Assembly: GCA_951406725.2 (NCBI GenBank)
Contig: OX597819.1
Coordinates: 9,238,001-9,302,000 of the forward strand
Length of the DNA stretch: 64,000 nt
Reading direction: 5' to 3'
From: Octopus vulgaris
Lineage: Eukaryota
Positions 13,345-27,555 of this stretch are shown here, piece after piece (position 1 is the stretch's first letter; each line of letters opens with the position of its first letter). The position numbers and the translations under genes are program-made. The notes below the pieces were generated by a model. That model made no database searches, had not been told where the DNA came from, and saw only the letters and a list, made by a program, of their open reading frames with translations.

Positions 13345-14004
13345 TACCAATATTACGCTAACACTCAAGATGACAACCTTCAACAGACTTTGGTATCAAA
13401 GGGTCGCAGGACAGTTCTCGCTCCAACGACGCTTAAAATGGGTCGGTTCATGGGTTTATTCTGTTCAGGAATGCTATGTGGCCCCACGATGTTCGGAGGA
13501 GATTACATGATCAGATGGTTCTCCGGATCTGACTAAGTAGGAAATGATCCCACTAAATCGCATAGGACTCGTACCTGGTGACCTCATTCGTTACACATCC
13601 GACAACCGACTCAGCCACTTTTAGCCGCGCAGCACTCGTCGGTTTACTGAGGATGATGTCGGTGATGTCTTGGATCTGCAAGTTGATCTTGGTCGTCCTG
13701 ACCTAAATCTGACTGACTGATAACTGTTTTTTCCATTTTGAATACGAATGACACGTCGTCATCAGGGTCTTTCATAAACCTCAACACGAAGGACCCGTCC
13801 ACGTTCAAAAAGTTAGTTATTTCTTGAGACGCTGTTGCTGGCGGTTAGACCCATGAGCATACAAAGGCTTTTAATATCCTGGATCAGAATGAAATCTGCT
13901 ATATGAAACTGTTGATACACATGAAAGTGAATGAGTGAGTGAAAGTTTTGCGATTGCCACATAACACCAAATACGTCCGTACATACATACATACATACAG
14001 ACAT

Positions 14005-14038
<34 letters not shown>

Positions 14039-14054
14039 CGACAGACAGACATAT

Positions 14055-14120
<66 letters not shown>

Positions 14121-14159
14121 ATATATATATATGTATATATGTATATATATATATATGTA

Positions 14160-14327
14160 TATAAGTAGGTGAATGAATTATCCTATGTTTATTGTCAGCA
14201 TGGAAAATTCGTTTAACCGAAACATGGGTAGCAAATTCACGTCAGAATGAAAATATGCTGTCTTCGAAACATGTGTCGAGAGTGAAGGAATTTTGTTAAC
14301 ATCTTCGTTCGACTCCATTCTTTCATT

Positions 14328-14330
<3 letters not shown>
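14160..14330. mobile_element. PLE pseudo-LTR fragment with inversion junction
   Basis: 14160-14247 is the reverse complement of ~18878-18965, and 14245-14330 matches 18719-18805 directly. Confidence 0.7.
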
Positions 14331-14413
<83 letters not shown>

Positions 14414-14533
14414 AGAGTTGGGTACAAAAATTCAGGGTGAATACTTGATAACTGTAAGCACCTGTATATACCATTTAGTGGTGCAGGTGATAGAGTATAT
14501 TTAACAAAATAAAAACATGATGCCAAGGATTTA

Positions 14534-14620
14534 GCGGTACATATGTTTCGGGCCTTTATTAGACGGTTTATAACAATGCATAATTGATGTAAATGTGTGT
14601 CTATAGCCTTCTTCAGCCGC
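14534..14620 (-). ncRNA. Type I hammerhead ribozyme
   Basis: gcgg-CTGAAGA-aggct...ggccc-GAAA-catatg-TA-ccgc. Confidence 0.75.
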
Positions 14621-15047
14621 GTACAATTACTACTTCAAGGACATGTATTACATTATAAGTTTTACGTTGGGGATGCAAACCCTCATAGTCGCGTACGACA
14701 GAGCGAGGCACCAGAACAAACTCAAAGCGTCCATCCCGTTTTTCACTCGATGTAGAATGAGGAAGTTTGGATATTGAGATATAGAGGGAAGGGGTTGGGG
14801 GGGTGAATCTTTAGTGAGTTAGGGATCACAAAGAGGGAGGGTAGTGGGTGCAAAAGGTAGTAAAAGAGTAAAAAATTACAAAAGAGTACAAATTTAAAAA
14901 TATATAAAGGGATAAAGAAATATAAAGGGATGAAGAAATGTAAAGGGATGAAGAACTAAAAGGGTGGTCAGGAGATAACGTAAGGTACGGAAAGATGACA
15001 TATTCCTGTTGTTGAAGCCTAAGGTATATATATATATATATATATAA

Positions 15048-15243
15048 AAAAATAAATATAAGAGAATGGTCACTATGTGGCTCATTCTAGCACTAGAAAA
15101 TCCAAAAGGTTTCAACCACAAAAATACATGTTTCACATGAAAGTCAGTACGATTGTTACACATGTATTTTTGTGGTTGAAACCTTTTGGATTTTCTAGTG
15201 CTAGAATGAGCCACATAGTGACCATTCTCTTATATTTATTTTT
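15048..15243. repeat. Perfect inverted repeat (84-bp arms, 28-bp spacer)
   Basis: 15048-15131 is the reverse complement of 15160-15243. Confidence 0.9.
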
Positions 15244-15348
15244 GTATAAAATAATATTATAATAATCCAGGTTTCTCGAGGCACTGGGCCACTTGGTGTT
15301 GAATGGACATACTATTAAATTAGTATCTAATTCTCTCACCCTTATTAA

Positions 15349-15400
<52 letters not shown>

Positions 15401-15519
15401 GATCCCAGTAAATGATCCCACTAAGAAGGTACATAAATGATCTCTCAAAAGATGACAGAACGGAGCGCCAATGTTTTCAAAAGATGACAGAACGGAGCCC
15501 CAATGTTTTCAAAAGATGA

Positions 15520-16452
15520 TTGTTAACATTATCGAGTCAACTGATGAGTATTTTTTTTACAAGGTTTGCTAAATTCAGGGAACAAGAAGAGACAGTAAAA
15601 TTCATGAAGTTTCCAGACATTATCAAACTGGGATAACAAAACTTACAAATGTTTTCATGGATAGACATGGTTGATTTTGGAATGCAGTTGATTTAATTTC
15701 AAAGTAGCTCAATTTGGAAGCAAAAATTTATTGATCTCAGATTTGACTTAGAAAATATTGAGAAAAAAAAAGCGATTAGAGACAAGAGTACAGAGAGGAA
15801 TGCAGAAAAAGAATTATTAAGTACTTGGAATGCCATTCCAGAAAATTTTTCCAGTTTAAAACACTTTGCAACGGCACTAATACCCATTTTTTCATCAACA
15901 TATGCTTGTGAATCCTTGTTCTCAGTGATGAACTTTGCTAGGAGTAACCTGAGGGATGAAACTAGTCGTGCATGCATATCTCTGAAAGTTATGAAATATA
16001 AACCCGATATAAAATCTTTATCATCAGTGATGCAGTAGCAGAAGTCCCTCCGATAATACTGTAATATACATGTTTATCGAAAGGAGTCAGCAAATTTTCT
16101 GTCAAACTGATATTTCATCTGACTTTTGAAAGTGGCAAAAGTTGTCTGCATGCTTTCTGCCGGACTGATATTTTGTTTGATGTTTTCTTTTGAAAGTGGC
16201 AAAGGATCATTGTTGTTTAGTTGGAACTTCGAAGGTGAATAAATACATTTTCCATCGTTATATACTGCGTTTTACTACTCAATGGTGATTTTTGATCATT
16301 TATTAAAAAGGTTCTTAAAATACACTTTCTTAAGTGATATCAAGTAGCCTAACGTTTTCAAAAAAAAAAAAATTGGTTGGCACGTGGAATAATTTTGTGT
16401 CAGAGGTTTTGCCAGTTTAGACACGCAATCTCAAAAAGGTTGCCCATCCTTG
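15520..16452 (+). mobile_element. hAT (Charlie/Buster-like) transposon 3' remnant
   Basis: Translation TWNAIPENFSSLKHFATALIPIFSSTYACESLFSVMNF (hAT dimerization domain). Terminal ggttgcccatccttg at ~16438-16452, followed by a gtctaggg target-like 8-mer. Confidence 0.8.
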
Positions 16453-16540
16453 GTCTAGGGTGTTCGACAAGTCGCAAATTTCCTTGGTGCATTATAATTG
16501 TCAGCTCATTACAGCTGTAATGAGCTGGCACTTGTCCGTG

Positions 16541-16815
16541 GTATGTTATTATTCATTTGAGTATATGTGTGCGTGTGTGCTTGTGTGTGTTTTCATTGCA
16601 ATAAATATAATTTTAACAAGAAAGAAACGTCCATTTTATATATATGCTACACGTTGATCTTAGCCATATAAAGTCAAGCAGATGAGCTATAAAAGTGGAG
16701 CTTGCCCTTGTGGGCAACTGGTAAAATGGACGTTTCTTTCTTGTTAAAATTATATTTATTGCAATGAAAACACACACAAGCACACGCACACATACTCAAA
16801 TGTATAATAACATAC
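16541..16815. repeat. Inverted repeat (~97-bp arms), pseudo-LTR-like
   Basis: 16541-16638 versus 16722-16815, with few mismatches. Confidence 0.8.
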
Positions 16816-17511
16816 GACGGACATACATACATACAGGCACACACTGGTGTGATAAAATAAATATAGGACTGATCACAAGAATGTAAAAGCAACAATATTT
16901 ATAAAATTGATGTAAAATGCAGTATCCCATAAGTAGATAATGATAGATACAAATAGCAGAGTATGTAATAAAAAGTTAATAGTTGCTATAAATAGCAGAG
17001 ATATTTCCGCAGATAAGAGCAGATGTAAACAGTAGATAATAGATATAAATAGCAGAAATTTTACAGGCAAGGAAGGTTTGGTAATATTTGTGACTGTTGG
17101 ATGTAGACGAAGCAAATAATTAAACATGCACAATGATAATAAGATGAAAATTATAATGATAAGACAATAAAATAACTAATCTGATAAATGACAATGATTA
17201 CGTAATTATAAAGAGTAGAGAGATTTATAAAAGTGAAGACTGTCTATAAGAAGGGAATTAAAAAGAGGAGAGAGAGACACACCTTTGCAGAATGATTAAC
17301 ACTGGCGAAAAGATAAGGAAAATCACATTGTTAAATGTGATGTATGGTTTGGATTGTTGTTGGTGTAAAAAGGGAATAAATTAAACAAGCAGAGCAATGC
17401 TTAACATATTTTTATAGTTAAAAATAAGATGAGGTGAGAATGGTTTCTGCTAAGTGCGACTAACAGAAGAAGGAAAGCCACAAAAATGTCTGCAGATGTG
17501 CACACACACAC

Positions 17512-17580
<69 letters not shown>

Positions 17581-17610
17581 TATATCTATTATAATTATAT
17601 CTATACATAC

Positions 17611-17694
<84 letters not shown>

Positions 17695-17695
17695 G

Positions 17696-17729
<34 letters not shown>

Positions 17730-18439
17730 TGTACACATACACGCACATATGGTCAGAAAAAGTTTATAATATTCCCATTCTACAAACTACACAACTCAAG
17801 TGAATTTGAGAGAAAAGTCCGAGAAAAGAATTTTATAAATTCAAATCCATTCTAAATGGTCAGTTATATTAATGGTGATAATTATAATGATTATGGCGAT
17901 AATAATAATAAGTACTGCTACCACCGCCACCACTAATAACAGCAATAATGATAATAATAAAAGTGATATTAGTAGTCTTCACCTAATGAACAGTGACTCG
18001 ATTGAAATGCAAAAGTTTCTAGAGTAACAATAGGATTCAAAATATAACAAAACAATGATTCCTTTAGGTATGGTCAATGTAAAAAATCATTGACGCGCCC
18101 ACCAAACCGTAACGTCTAAGCCACATAAAGATTGGTGGAAATACAGTTGGAAGTTAGTTGGCTCGCTCACCAAACCATGATCTCTAAACGACATGCTGGT
18201 TGGTCAAAATACAGTTCGTAAGATTCAGCCTCCTGCTGCAGCCCATCTTTTAAATTAAGGGATAAATCCAACCATTTCACTACACCTGTCAATTGTGGAA
18301 CACAACCGTCACTATATAAACCTGATGATTGTGTAAGGCATGAAAGTACTATCTTATTTCAATATTGGAAAAGGGTAAAATTGTAAAAATTGCAAATAAT
18401 AAAACATGAAAATCAGACTAAGTTGGAATTTTATTGATT

Positions 18440-18488
<49 letters not shown>

Positions 18489-18502
18489 TTATATATATAT
18501 AT

Positions 18503-18965
18503 ATATGAATAAATGAAAGAATGGAGTCGAACGAAGATGTTAACAAAATTCCTTTACTCTCGACACATGTTTCGAAGACGGCATGTTTTCATTCCAAAGG
18601 AATTATCGCTTTGTTTACCATGTAGGCAATCATCGAAATTTTTGCATGTCTTGTTGTCGAGAGAGGCTCCCTTTCTTTCCTGATGAGAAGATTGCATAAT
18701 GCACCCTTTATTCCTTTGGAATGAAAACATGCCGTCTTCGAAACATGTGTCTAGAGTAAAGGAATTTTGTTAACATCTTTGTTCGACTCCATTCTTTCAT
18801 TTATTCATATACAACACACAAATTTCTACACATGAACCCGGAGTTTCTACCCTTGACAGGTCGCTTCAACCGTGTTTTCTGACGTGAATTTGCTACCCAG
18901 GTTTCGGTTAAACGAATTTTCCATGCTGACGATAAACATAGGATAATTCATTCACCTACTTATAT
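18503..18965 (+). mobile_element. Solo PLE pseudo-LTR with upstream inverted partial copy
   Basis: Arms 18503-18603 and 18710-18810. It is flanked by (TA)n, contains an HHR, and its tail is homologous to 30380-30540. Confidence 0.8.
18675..18756 (+). ncRNA. Type I hammerhead ribozyme (first stem I pair mutated)
   Basis: ctttc-CTGATGA-gaagattgcat...atgccgtcttc-GAAA-catgtg-TC-tagag. Sister copies read TC-gagag. Confidence 0.7.
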
Positions 18966-18975
18966 ATATATATAT

Positions 18976-19549
18976 AAATATTACATTTCTAAATATCTCA
19001 GAGAGAGAGATAAGCAGTAGTGGTACGATGGAGTAGTTGTATACTGTCAACTTAATGTGACAGTCCCATGAAGGGAATCACACCACTGCTATTTAGCCCT
19101 TGGAAGCATCAACGCTTCCTGCCGGCCTTGACACATTTCCGGTGTACTTATGTTTACAAGGGGGAGATAAGCACCCCACCCCACTAAGCCTGCATCCAGA
19201 GACTAGTTTCGGAGTCTTTGCTCATCATCAGTCTGGAGTAGCATGGCCTGCTAGTTGGAGATGTTTGTCTAGCCCTTGTAAACATATAGGAATTCTAGTG
19301 AAATAAATCGTACAACTACAGCTTATATCTCTCTGAGATATTTAGAAATGTAATATTTCTATTTTTGTAATCAGTGGATTTATTTCTCTAGAATTCTTCC
19401 CGGTGTTTGTGAAACAACATTACTATATAGAATATATAAAACTGTAACCTCGGGCCCTGTCACAAGAATACACTGAGTTCTTTACTTATCTAAACAATCA
19501 AAACTCATCTAAACAATATCTTGCCCGGATTGATAATCCCTTACTAATA

Positions 19550-19550
<1 letters not shown>
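18976..19550 (-). mobile_element. PLE pseudo-LTR with inverted repeat
   Basis: Arms ~18976-19029 and 19307-19358, with an internal HHR on the minus strand. Confidence 0.6.
19195..19237 (-). ncRNA. Minimal type I hammerhead ribozyme
   Basis: tccaga-CTGATGA-t-gag caaaga ctc-c-GAAA-ctag-TC-tctgga. It sits in a long hairpin (19149-19162 pairs with 19273-19286). Confidence 0.85.
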
Positions 19551-19593
<43 letters not shown>

Positions 19594-19928
19594 TATGAAT
19601 ATATATATTTGTAAGTATGTATGCATGTATGTATGTATCTATGTATCTATGTATTTATGTAACTATGTACATATATATGTATACAAATGCATAGCAGAGA
19701 GAGGGGCAAGGAGGGAAGGAGAAAGAGAGAGAAATTTACAGAAAATATGTTAAGTGATATATTTTTCCATCCGATTACGGATGTTGTAAAACTCACACAT
19801 CGTAGGCCAGTTACGTAATCTGCGACGTACGTGAAACTGTGTGTTAACAAAAAAGTAATCTCAACAATACAGCATATATTTACTCTACATTTGGTATCGA
19901 ATACTTGTTTTTAAAAATCTAAACTTGC

Positions 19929-20009
<81 letters not shown>

Positions 20010-20102
20010 CTCATATTTATATACATACAGTTGGAAGTTGGCTCGCTCACCAAACCGTGATATCTAAGCTACATGTTGATTGGTCAAAATACACACACAC
20101 AC

Positions 20103-20144
<42 letters not shown>

Positions 20145-20149
20145 AAAGA

Positions 20150-20214
<65 letters not shown>

Positions 20215-20269
20215 AACGTGAAACTCAGAGTAACAGGTTTTGTTGAATTTTCTGCTGCTTTAAATAAGG

Positions 20270-20305
<36 letters not shown>

Positions 20306-20690
20306 ATATGAGAAAGAAAAATGTAAAAGTCAAAGGAAGTTTGTATAATAAAATCTATGGTGATATTAGGATCATATTACATCTTTACATCATTACAAAT
20401 TAAATAGGTAACGGTTTCACGATCAAATGATTGTCAACTTATATAGAGAAAACATTTTTGCTGTCAATAGGATGCCATCTTTGAAAAAAGTGAACAGAGA
20501 TGAAGCAATATGTCAAGGAGAGTAACTCTTATTTTTTCATGAAGCTCTTCAGTACTTTTGGCAAAGCATATAGTTACAGGAGTCATTTCATTTTATGCAA
20601 AGTTAATTATATTACCCTACTTTAAGCAGTAATGTGTGAATGAGTGTATATGCATGTATTTTATACTCTGACATCTCATTTTCTCTCTTG

Positions 20691-20779
<89 letters not shown>

Positions 20780-20989
20780 CATATAAACATATATAAGTAT
20801 GAACAGTATTTTATACCTAAAACTTGTGGTTGGCACACATATACAACTTTTTTTGTATATGTTGAAATTCCATAATTGAATAAAATAAATTAGTCCAATA
20901 GAAAATAACGACAAAGTAATTGCCAAGATATGAATACTTTCTTCATAAGAGTCATGTCGGACCTCTCATGACTCAGACTTAAATACTAA

Positions 20990-21731
20990 TGTGTGTCCTG
21001 GAGTCAAGTAATTAGGAGACAATTAGTAATACAATTAAAATGAATTGGTATTAAGTTCAGGTTTGTATTTTTGGATGAAATATGTCTCTTTATTGAGTCG
21101 GGCTTGTGTAGAAGTCCAGTCAGCAAATTTATATAGAGGGAAAATAGTGAATTTAGGTTGTATTTGTTTCGTATATACGTCGATATGTTCACTGAGATAA
21201 ATTTGGCGGTATTGTGGCGAGGCTATCTGTTGACGATGCACTGTACAACGTTGACGGATAGAAGTCCCCGTGCTACCGATATAGTCTTTCTGGCAGCCCG
21301 AGCATCTGATTACGTAGATCAGATTTTCGGATGCACAAGTGAAATTTGATTTAATTGTGAAGTGTTGCCCTTGTTTAAAATAGTCCAAAAAGGTTGGGGC
21401 ATATACTACAGCTGGGGCGATTGCATTTTTTTATTTTGGGGCTTGTGGAGGGGAATAAGTTTGCATTAGTTAGCAGTTTCTTTAATGACTTAGGTTGTTC
21501 GTTGCTTTTGACAAGTTTAATGTCACCTAAAATTCTTTTTAGTTTTGGGTTCTTGTGTAATATTAGTAGCGCAGGAGTGGCTGTGTGGTAAGTAGCTTGC
21601 TAACCAACCACATGGTTCCGGGTTCAGTCCCACTGCGTGGCACCTTGGGCAAGTGTCTTCTGCTATAGCCCCGGGCCGACCAAAGCCTTGTGAGTGGATT
21701 TGGTAGACGGAAACTGAAAGAAGCCTGTCGA

Positions 21732-21766
<35 letters not shown>

Positions 21767-22885
21767 AGTGTGTGTGTGTGTGTGTTTGTGTGTCTGTGTT
21801 TGTCCTCCTAGCATTGCTTGACAACCGATGCTGGTGTGTTTATGTCCCCGTCACTTAGCGGTTCGGCAAAAGAGACCGATAGAATAAGTACCGGGCTTAC
21901 AAAGAATAAGTCCCGGGGTCGATTTGCTCGACTAAAGGCGGTGCTCCAGCATGGCCGCAGTCAAATGACTGAAACAAGTAAAAGAGTAAAGAGAGAGGTG
22001 TTGTATGATTGTGCTGAATGCTTCTTTGTTTCTGGGGTTGTATATGGAAATGTAGGTGAGTGCTTTAAGGAGAGGTTTCTTCATGTCTCTGGCTTTTCTT
22101 AATGTCTCGGTGTTGGTAGATTTGGCATATTTAATTCCTTCATTAATGAGTTGGATTGCGTAGTGTCTATCCAGGAGGACGTTTTTCAGTTCTTGTAGTC
22201 TTAAATCTATAGTTTTTTTTTTCTCTGAGACAATAGTGCAGATTCTTCTTGCAAGGTTGAAGGGGATGTTTGTTTTTGTGTGTCTAGGATGGTAAGAGCT
22301 AAAGAGAAGGTATTGCTTTGCATCTGTTGTTTTATAAAATATATCTGTTTCGATTTTGTTGTTTGTTTTTTTTTAATTAGAATGTCTAGGAATGGAAGTG
22401 TCTCCTGCTTGTATTCCATTGTGAATTGAATGCTTGTGTGGATGCTGTTCAGAAGTGTTTTAAATTCTAGGAGTTTGTTTAAGAAGTTATCCCAGAGTCT
22501 GAAACAGTCATCCCGGTATCTTTTCTAATTCGCTTTAATGTATTGGGTGAGAGGGTCTCCAAATTTTTGCAGAGAAATCTGTTATATTTTTTCTCTAAGA
22601 ATCCCATTGTGAGGTTGGCCATGGTAGATGCTGCTCTCGTGCCCATCGCAATTCTCGATATTTGGCGGTAGCAGTTTGTGTCAAAAATAAGATGATTATT
22701 CTGGAGAATGAATTTAATTGATTCAATGATGAAGGTTTTGTTTATTCGTTCTGGTATTTTCTCTGGATGTAGTTCTAGCCAGAATCGAATCGCTTCAATT
22801 CCATTATCATGTGGAATGTTGGAGTATAGGTTTATAATATCGAAGGAGACCATGAGAGATTCTTCCCCGACCTGTTCTATATATA
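20990..22885 (-). pseudogene. Penelope-like element RT + GIY-YIG endonuclease remnant, interrupted by a SINE
   Basis: VSFDIINLYSNIP, YRQISRIAMGT, LPFLDI, and NLIYVIRC..C..DYIGSTG..IRQR..VH. Confidence 0.9.
21569..21997 (+). mobile_element. tRNA-derived SINE, family B, nested in a PLE
   Basis: Full head to tail: gcgcaggagtggctgtgtgg ... gaaacaagtaaaagag. Confidence 0.92.
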
Positions 22886-23297
22886 TACGTACAGATTTGT
22901 GATTGTATATAAAAGCATGGTCAAACATGTGTTGCCTACATACACACATACACTCACAGACACACACACACATATATTACATATACATATATATATGCGT
23001 TTGAGTGATTGTCTGCATTATATTTCTTTTTCTGATTTTCACAAAAATTAATCAAATATGACTTGAACAGACCCTGTTAGTTGCGTATGTATAAAACTCC
23101 CTAAGTACTACTTCACAGCGGAGTAAATGTACTTTTTGTGCAGTACTGTATATATATATATATATATAAGTTCAGCAAAAATTTAGATTCAAATGAATAT
23201 GATACTTAATTTAGATGCACCAGAATTTTGTATGGTGTTATCCATAAAAATCCGTGGGGTGATTATAATCAAAATAAGCAACAAGAATGACTCCGGT

Positions 23298-23388
23298 AAT
23301 GTGGTACGATCGTTTCGTACTACATCATTTTATTAAATGTTGTAAGTATTACAACAGATTTAAGATGTTGAGTACTCATCAGCCAATT
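23298..23388 (-). ncRNA. Type I hammerhead ribozyme
   Basis: aattgg-CTGATGA-gtact...agtac-GAAA-cgatcg-TA-ccacatt. Confidence 0.8.
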
Positions 23389-23677
23389 ATAGAGGTTTTC
23401 CATTAATACAAAAATGTTCAAATCGAATGGCAACATTATAGAGAAGGTAGATATATAGACAAAGATGTGGATTTAAATTTTAAGAACATATGAGGTAGTG
23501 GAGTCCATCAACTGACTGACTAAGATTTGGTTGTTCCAAACTGCTGTAAGGTTACATCAGTTTGGAACAACCAAATCTTAGTCAGTCAGTTGATGGACTA
23601 TCTTTGTCTATATATCTACCTTCTCTATAATGTTGCCGCTCGATTTGAAAATTTTTGTATTAATGGAAAACCTCTAT

Positions 23678-23768
23678 AATTGGCTGATGAGTACTCAGCA
23701 TCTTAAATCTGTTGTAATGCTTACAACATTTAATAAAATGATGTAGTACGAAACGATCGTACCAAATT
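23678..23768 (+). ncRNA. Type I hammerhead ribozyme
   Basis: aattgg-CTGATGA-gtact...agtac-GAAA-cgatcg-TA-ccaaatt. Confidence 0.82.
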
Positions 23769-23789
23769 ACCGGAGTCATTCTTGTTGCG

Positions 23790-23864
<75 letters not shown>

Positions 23865-24020
23865 TATTTCTTTAAAATTCTTTTACAATGCTGAAGTGTG
23901 TTAAACATTAAAAAATATTTTGTAATGTTCATAAATTTGAATTAACGCTTTCATAAGTTCGTAGTAATCATCAGATTTCAAAATGTTTTAACTGATAGCT
24001 GAGATCTTGACAACTGTAGT

Positions 24021-24074
<54 letters not shown>

Positions 24075-24565
24075 CGGTGTACGTACACTTTGGTCTCTTA
24101 TATGTAAATACAGATTTTTAAAAATCTTGTACGACTCTATTTCTGGTTATCAGCCCTTTCACGCTTATTCATTCATTCAACCCTTCATTCTTTCATTCCC
24201 CCTCTCTCACATTTCTTTGCCTTCTCTTCTTACTCACTTTCCCTCCACTTTTCACTGTGTCCTTGTCATTTTTTCTCGCCCCTCCTTAATTCTTCTGTCC
24301 CTCTACTTCTACTTCTCTCTCTTCTTCGTCTGACAGTTGTTTGTGCAACATCGATATTCTTCCCTGTGCTTGTGAAAATTTTGTATCTGCCGTAAGGCTT
24401 CATTTCCACACGCACCAGCTTAATTCAATTCATCCATAGTCGAAAGACACCTATTGTTATGTCCTTGCACCTTGATGCTCATCGGTGGATCTCAACGTGC
24501 CTAGGATTAAACTTAGTTTATAAGATTTCCGCTTCATAAACGCTAAAAGTGAAAATTATACATAA

Positions 24566-24885
24566 CTAGCAAAAAAATGCATTAAAAATCGAAAAAGAAA
24601 TTATGGTAATTTTTTTAAAAATCGTTGACTCATCGTAGACATTTTTAGAGAGTTACTTCCCTTATATAATAGCGAAAAAAATGCATTAAAATGGGAAAAA
24701 AATGATGGTAAATTTTTTTTAAATCGTAGACTCACCGTAGACGCGCGCTAATACCCAGAAGGGCTCGATATGAATCACGACTATAAGATACCCGGTTTTG
24801 GTTAAACTGCACCGCAAAATGTGGGAGTAGTTAGGAATCTAAATCGTAGGAGACAGACACACAACCTCTCTTTTATATATAAAGA
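24566..24885 (-). mobile_element. Non-autonomous Helitron-like element
   Basis: The minus strand reads A|TCtttatatat...CTAG|T and has an internal tandem duplication. A similar 5' end occurs at ~44700-44734. No subterminal hairpin was seen. Confidence 0.5.
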
Positions 24886-24886
24886 T

Positions 24887-27088
24887 ATGGGTAGCTTATT
24901 CGCAAATTTACAACCTAAAGGTAGAAATACATACGTCACTAAAGTGACAAAGGGCACTAATCAGAGTCAGTATTGCTAGAAATAAGAGTCAAAATAACTA
25001 GCACCAGCCACACACCATACACCACCACAAACTACACCAACAATAAGAACACTACAGGTAACCCTAATAGAAACAACACCAATATGAACAACGCCAAGAC
25101 CCATACACAAACCACTAATAACAACAAAAATAACCACAACACTAATACCGACAAAGTGATATTAAATTAGATTAACAATATTAACAACACTAATAACACA
25201 AACTACGCAAATAAGCCCCAAAATGTCATTAGCTACAAACATAATAGTATAAGCCTATACATCAGTACAAATAAAACCCAACGATGTAATATGAACCCTG
25301 TTAACAGCAAGAAAACCAGGCCCTCTATCCCACATGAACCCTACGACAATAACACCAATAGGGCAGACAAAAGTAAAACGAAAGTGAAACCTAACTATGC
25401 ATATAACCAAGATACATACAACAATAACTTCACACGACTCACAAACAAGGAGGTAGCTTCTATACTAGAAAAAACAACACAGGAAATAAACAAAATAGCG
25501 ATAACATCTGGCTCGTAATCCCATACACCATGCACCTCAAATAAAATATAGTTCGCTCATTGATGAAAATCATAGATAAACACCTAAACGTTAATAAATA
25601 CGCAGAATTATTTAGGAATAAAATCAGAATAGACCAGTCTGACTAATAACTTAGCCACAATAATAGCTTCAATAAATGATTTTAAAAAAAATATTGTGAA
25701 CAATAAAAATAAAAACCAACCAACTAATACAACTAAGTCCACCACTAACGCGGCGCTAACTTAGATATAGACCTGAATAATAATAGCCCTCACAATACAA
25801 CATGAACGAAGATACACCTAATTATTTATGCGGTTGCAGGGAGAGAACAAAGTGCCATTTCTCAAACAGATGCAAGACAAATAACGTAGTCTACCAATGT
25901 GACGTCCACACAAATAATCAGACGAAATAATACATAGGCTGCACTAAGAACCAAATTATTCTTAGATATAACGCGAAGCAATCGAGCTTGAGAAATAGGA
26001 GTAAGTGTAACTCAACAGGGCTAAGTACATACATCTGGGAACTTAAGGATAAAAAATAGATTATAGTTCAAACTGGCGTATACTCACAAAAACAACCTCC
26101 TACAACACCGCCAATAGACGCTGCGATCTCTGTCTATCAGAACGCCTAGCTATATTTACGGCTAAACAACCCCTTCTGAACAGAAAATTTGAGAATAAAA
26201 CGTTTTGTCTTCATCTTGTCCTTTATGTATTTTCAAAATACCTGTAGAATAACTCCTTTTGTCTTCAAGTAGGCCTCTACGTCTTTCATAATCCCAAACT
26301 TGAATTGTTATCTATATAAGTCTTATTAGCTGGGAACCACCTTAAATAGTTCCCCCGCAAACCCACCCGCCCTCCACATTCCATAACAATTAACTTTGCA
26401 TCTACACAGGACCCATTCTAGCCCTAAAAACTTCATAAACTCTAGTAATAATATAAGTCTTCGGCATAATACAATTTTAAACTACCCTACCTAGTCCAAG
26501 ATTCGTATGGGTTAGGTCCCTTTTTACCCTAAGTTACAGTTACTTCCCTTCACATACACCGCCGGTGACTAAAAACAAATTTAATACACACGTGAGATAC
26601 AATGCGCTTAGTCAAACTCGGAAACCACACCAAAATAATATTCACCCCGTTCTAATTGCCCAAACCCCTCCCTAGTGAAATTACCAGTGCAAGAACAAAA
26701 TTTAATGTAAGACTTACAACCTTTCCTTCTATTACCATCATATACGCATCAATTATTTCGCATCCTAACCGATGCACCAATCTATTTTCGCATTCTGAAG
26801 AGATTTACTAAATCTAGTAAATTGAAACGATCGTAAATGCTACCTTCATCTTTGCTTCCTGCTTCTTTGCTTTCTAATTAAATTAAAGGCATACCAGCAA
26901 AAACGACGAGTCTCCTCTTGTTATTACATCTATTTTGTTCTCCTATACAACCTAAACTACGGTCTACCAACCGAACCACCTGATACCATGCAACTTTACA
27001 AAAGACTGTACCTACCCAGGTTATAACCAGGAGCGACTTTGGATTTAATTATCCCTTAGAGGCATTAAGTTCCTCCAACTGATACCTA

Positions 27089-27090
<2 letters not shown>
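24887..27090 (+). mobile_element. PLE 3' portion (degenerate GIY-YIG + pseudo-LTR)
   Basis: ~25830-26230 translates as CGCRERTKC...NVVYQCDV...YIGCTKNQ...GLSTYIWELK. An HHR follows downstream. Confidence 0.75.
26790..26840 (+). ncRNA. Type I hammerhead ribozyme
   Basis: gcatt-CTGAAGA-gatttacta aatc tagtaaatt-GAAA-cgatcg-TA-aatgc. Confidence 0.88.
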
Positions 27091-27122
<32 letters not shown>

Positions 27123-27501
27123 TTTAGAACCGTTGGAGTCGATGTTCCAAATTTCACTATTCGTTTACGTAATGCCTCCTCAGCGTAACCAAATGAGGGA
27201 AACACGGTGTAGCAACTTTACCTGTCCTGGAGACTGCTTACTTTGTTTTGAGCTGTTTTCTCATTGTCCAAGTAATTCCAACTCCAATATAAGTATGTAT
27301 GTATGTATGTATGTATGTAAACGATACACGGAGTTTTCGTCGGAGTGCTCAAATAGGCATGCCACTAAAATTCTGGCGTGAATGGCGGTTGAAGTTGTAG
27401 TTTTGTGACGGACTTATCCAAAGCGGCTTGAAGTGGCTTCCCTCTTGACTTAGTAGATGTGGGTTAAGGTAAAAAGGAGAAGCAAACAAATTGGTAAGAC
27501 T

Positions 27502-27554
<53 letters not shown>

Positions 27555-27555
<1 letters not shown>

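Larger units (their letters stand above)
23170..23788. mobile_element. Inverted PLE pseudo-LTR pair (long hairpin)
   Basis: Arms ~23278-23545 and 23558-23788. The right arm has a ~40-bp deletion. Confidence 0.85.

Noticed and set aside
20405-20556. CTGAAGA...GAAAccgtTA on the minus strand downstream of a PLE
   Set aside because: Stems I and II do not pair convincingly. At best it is a decayed HHR.
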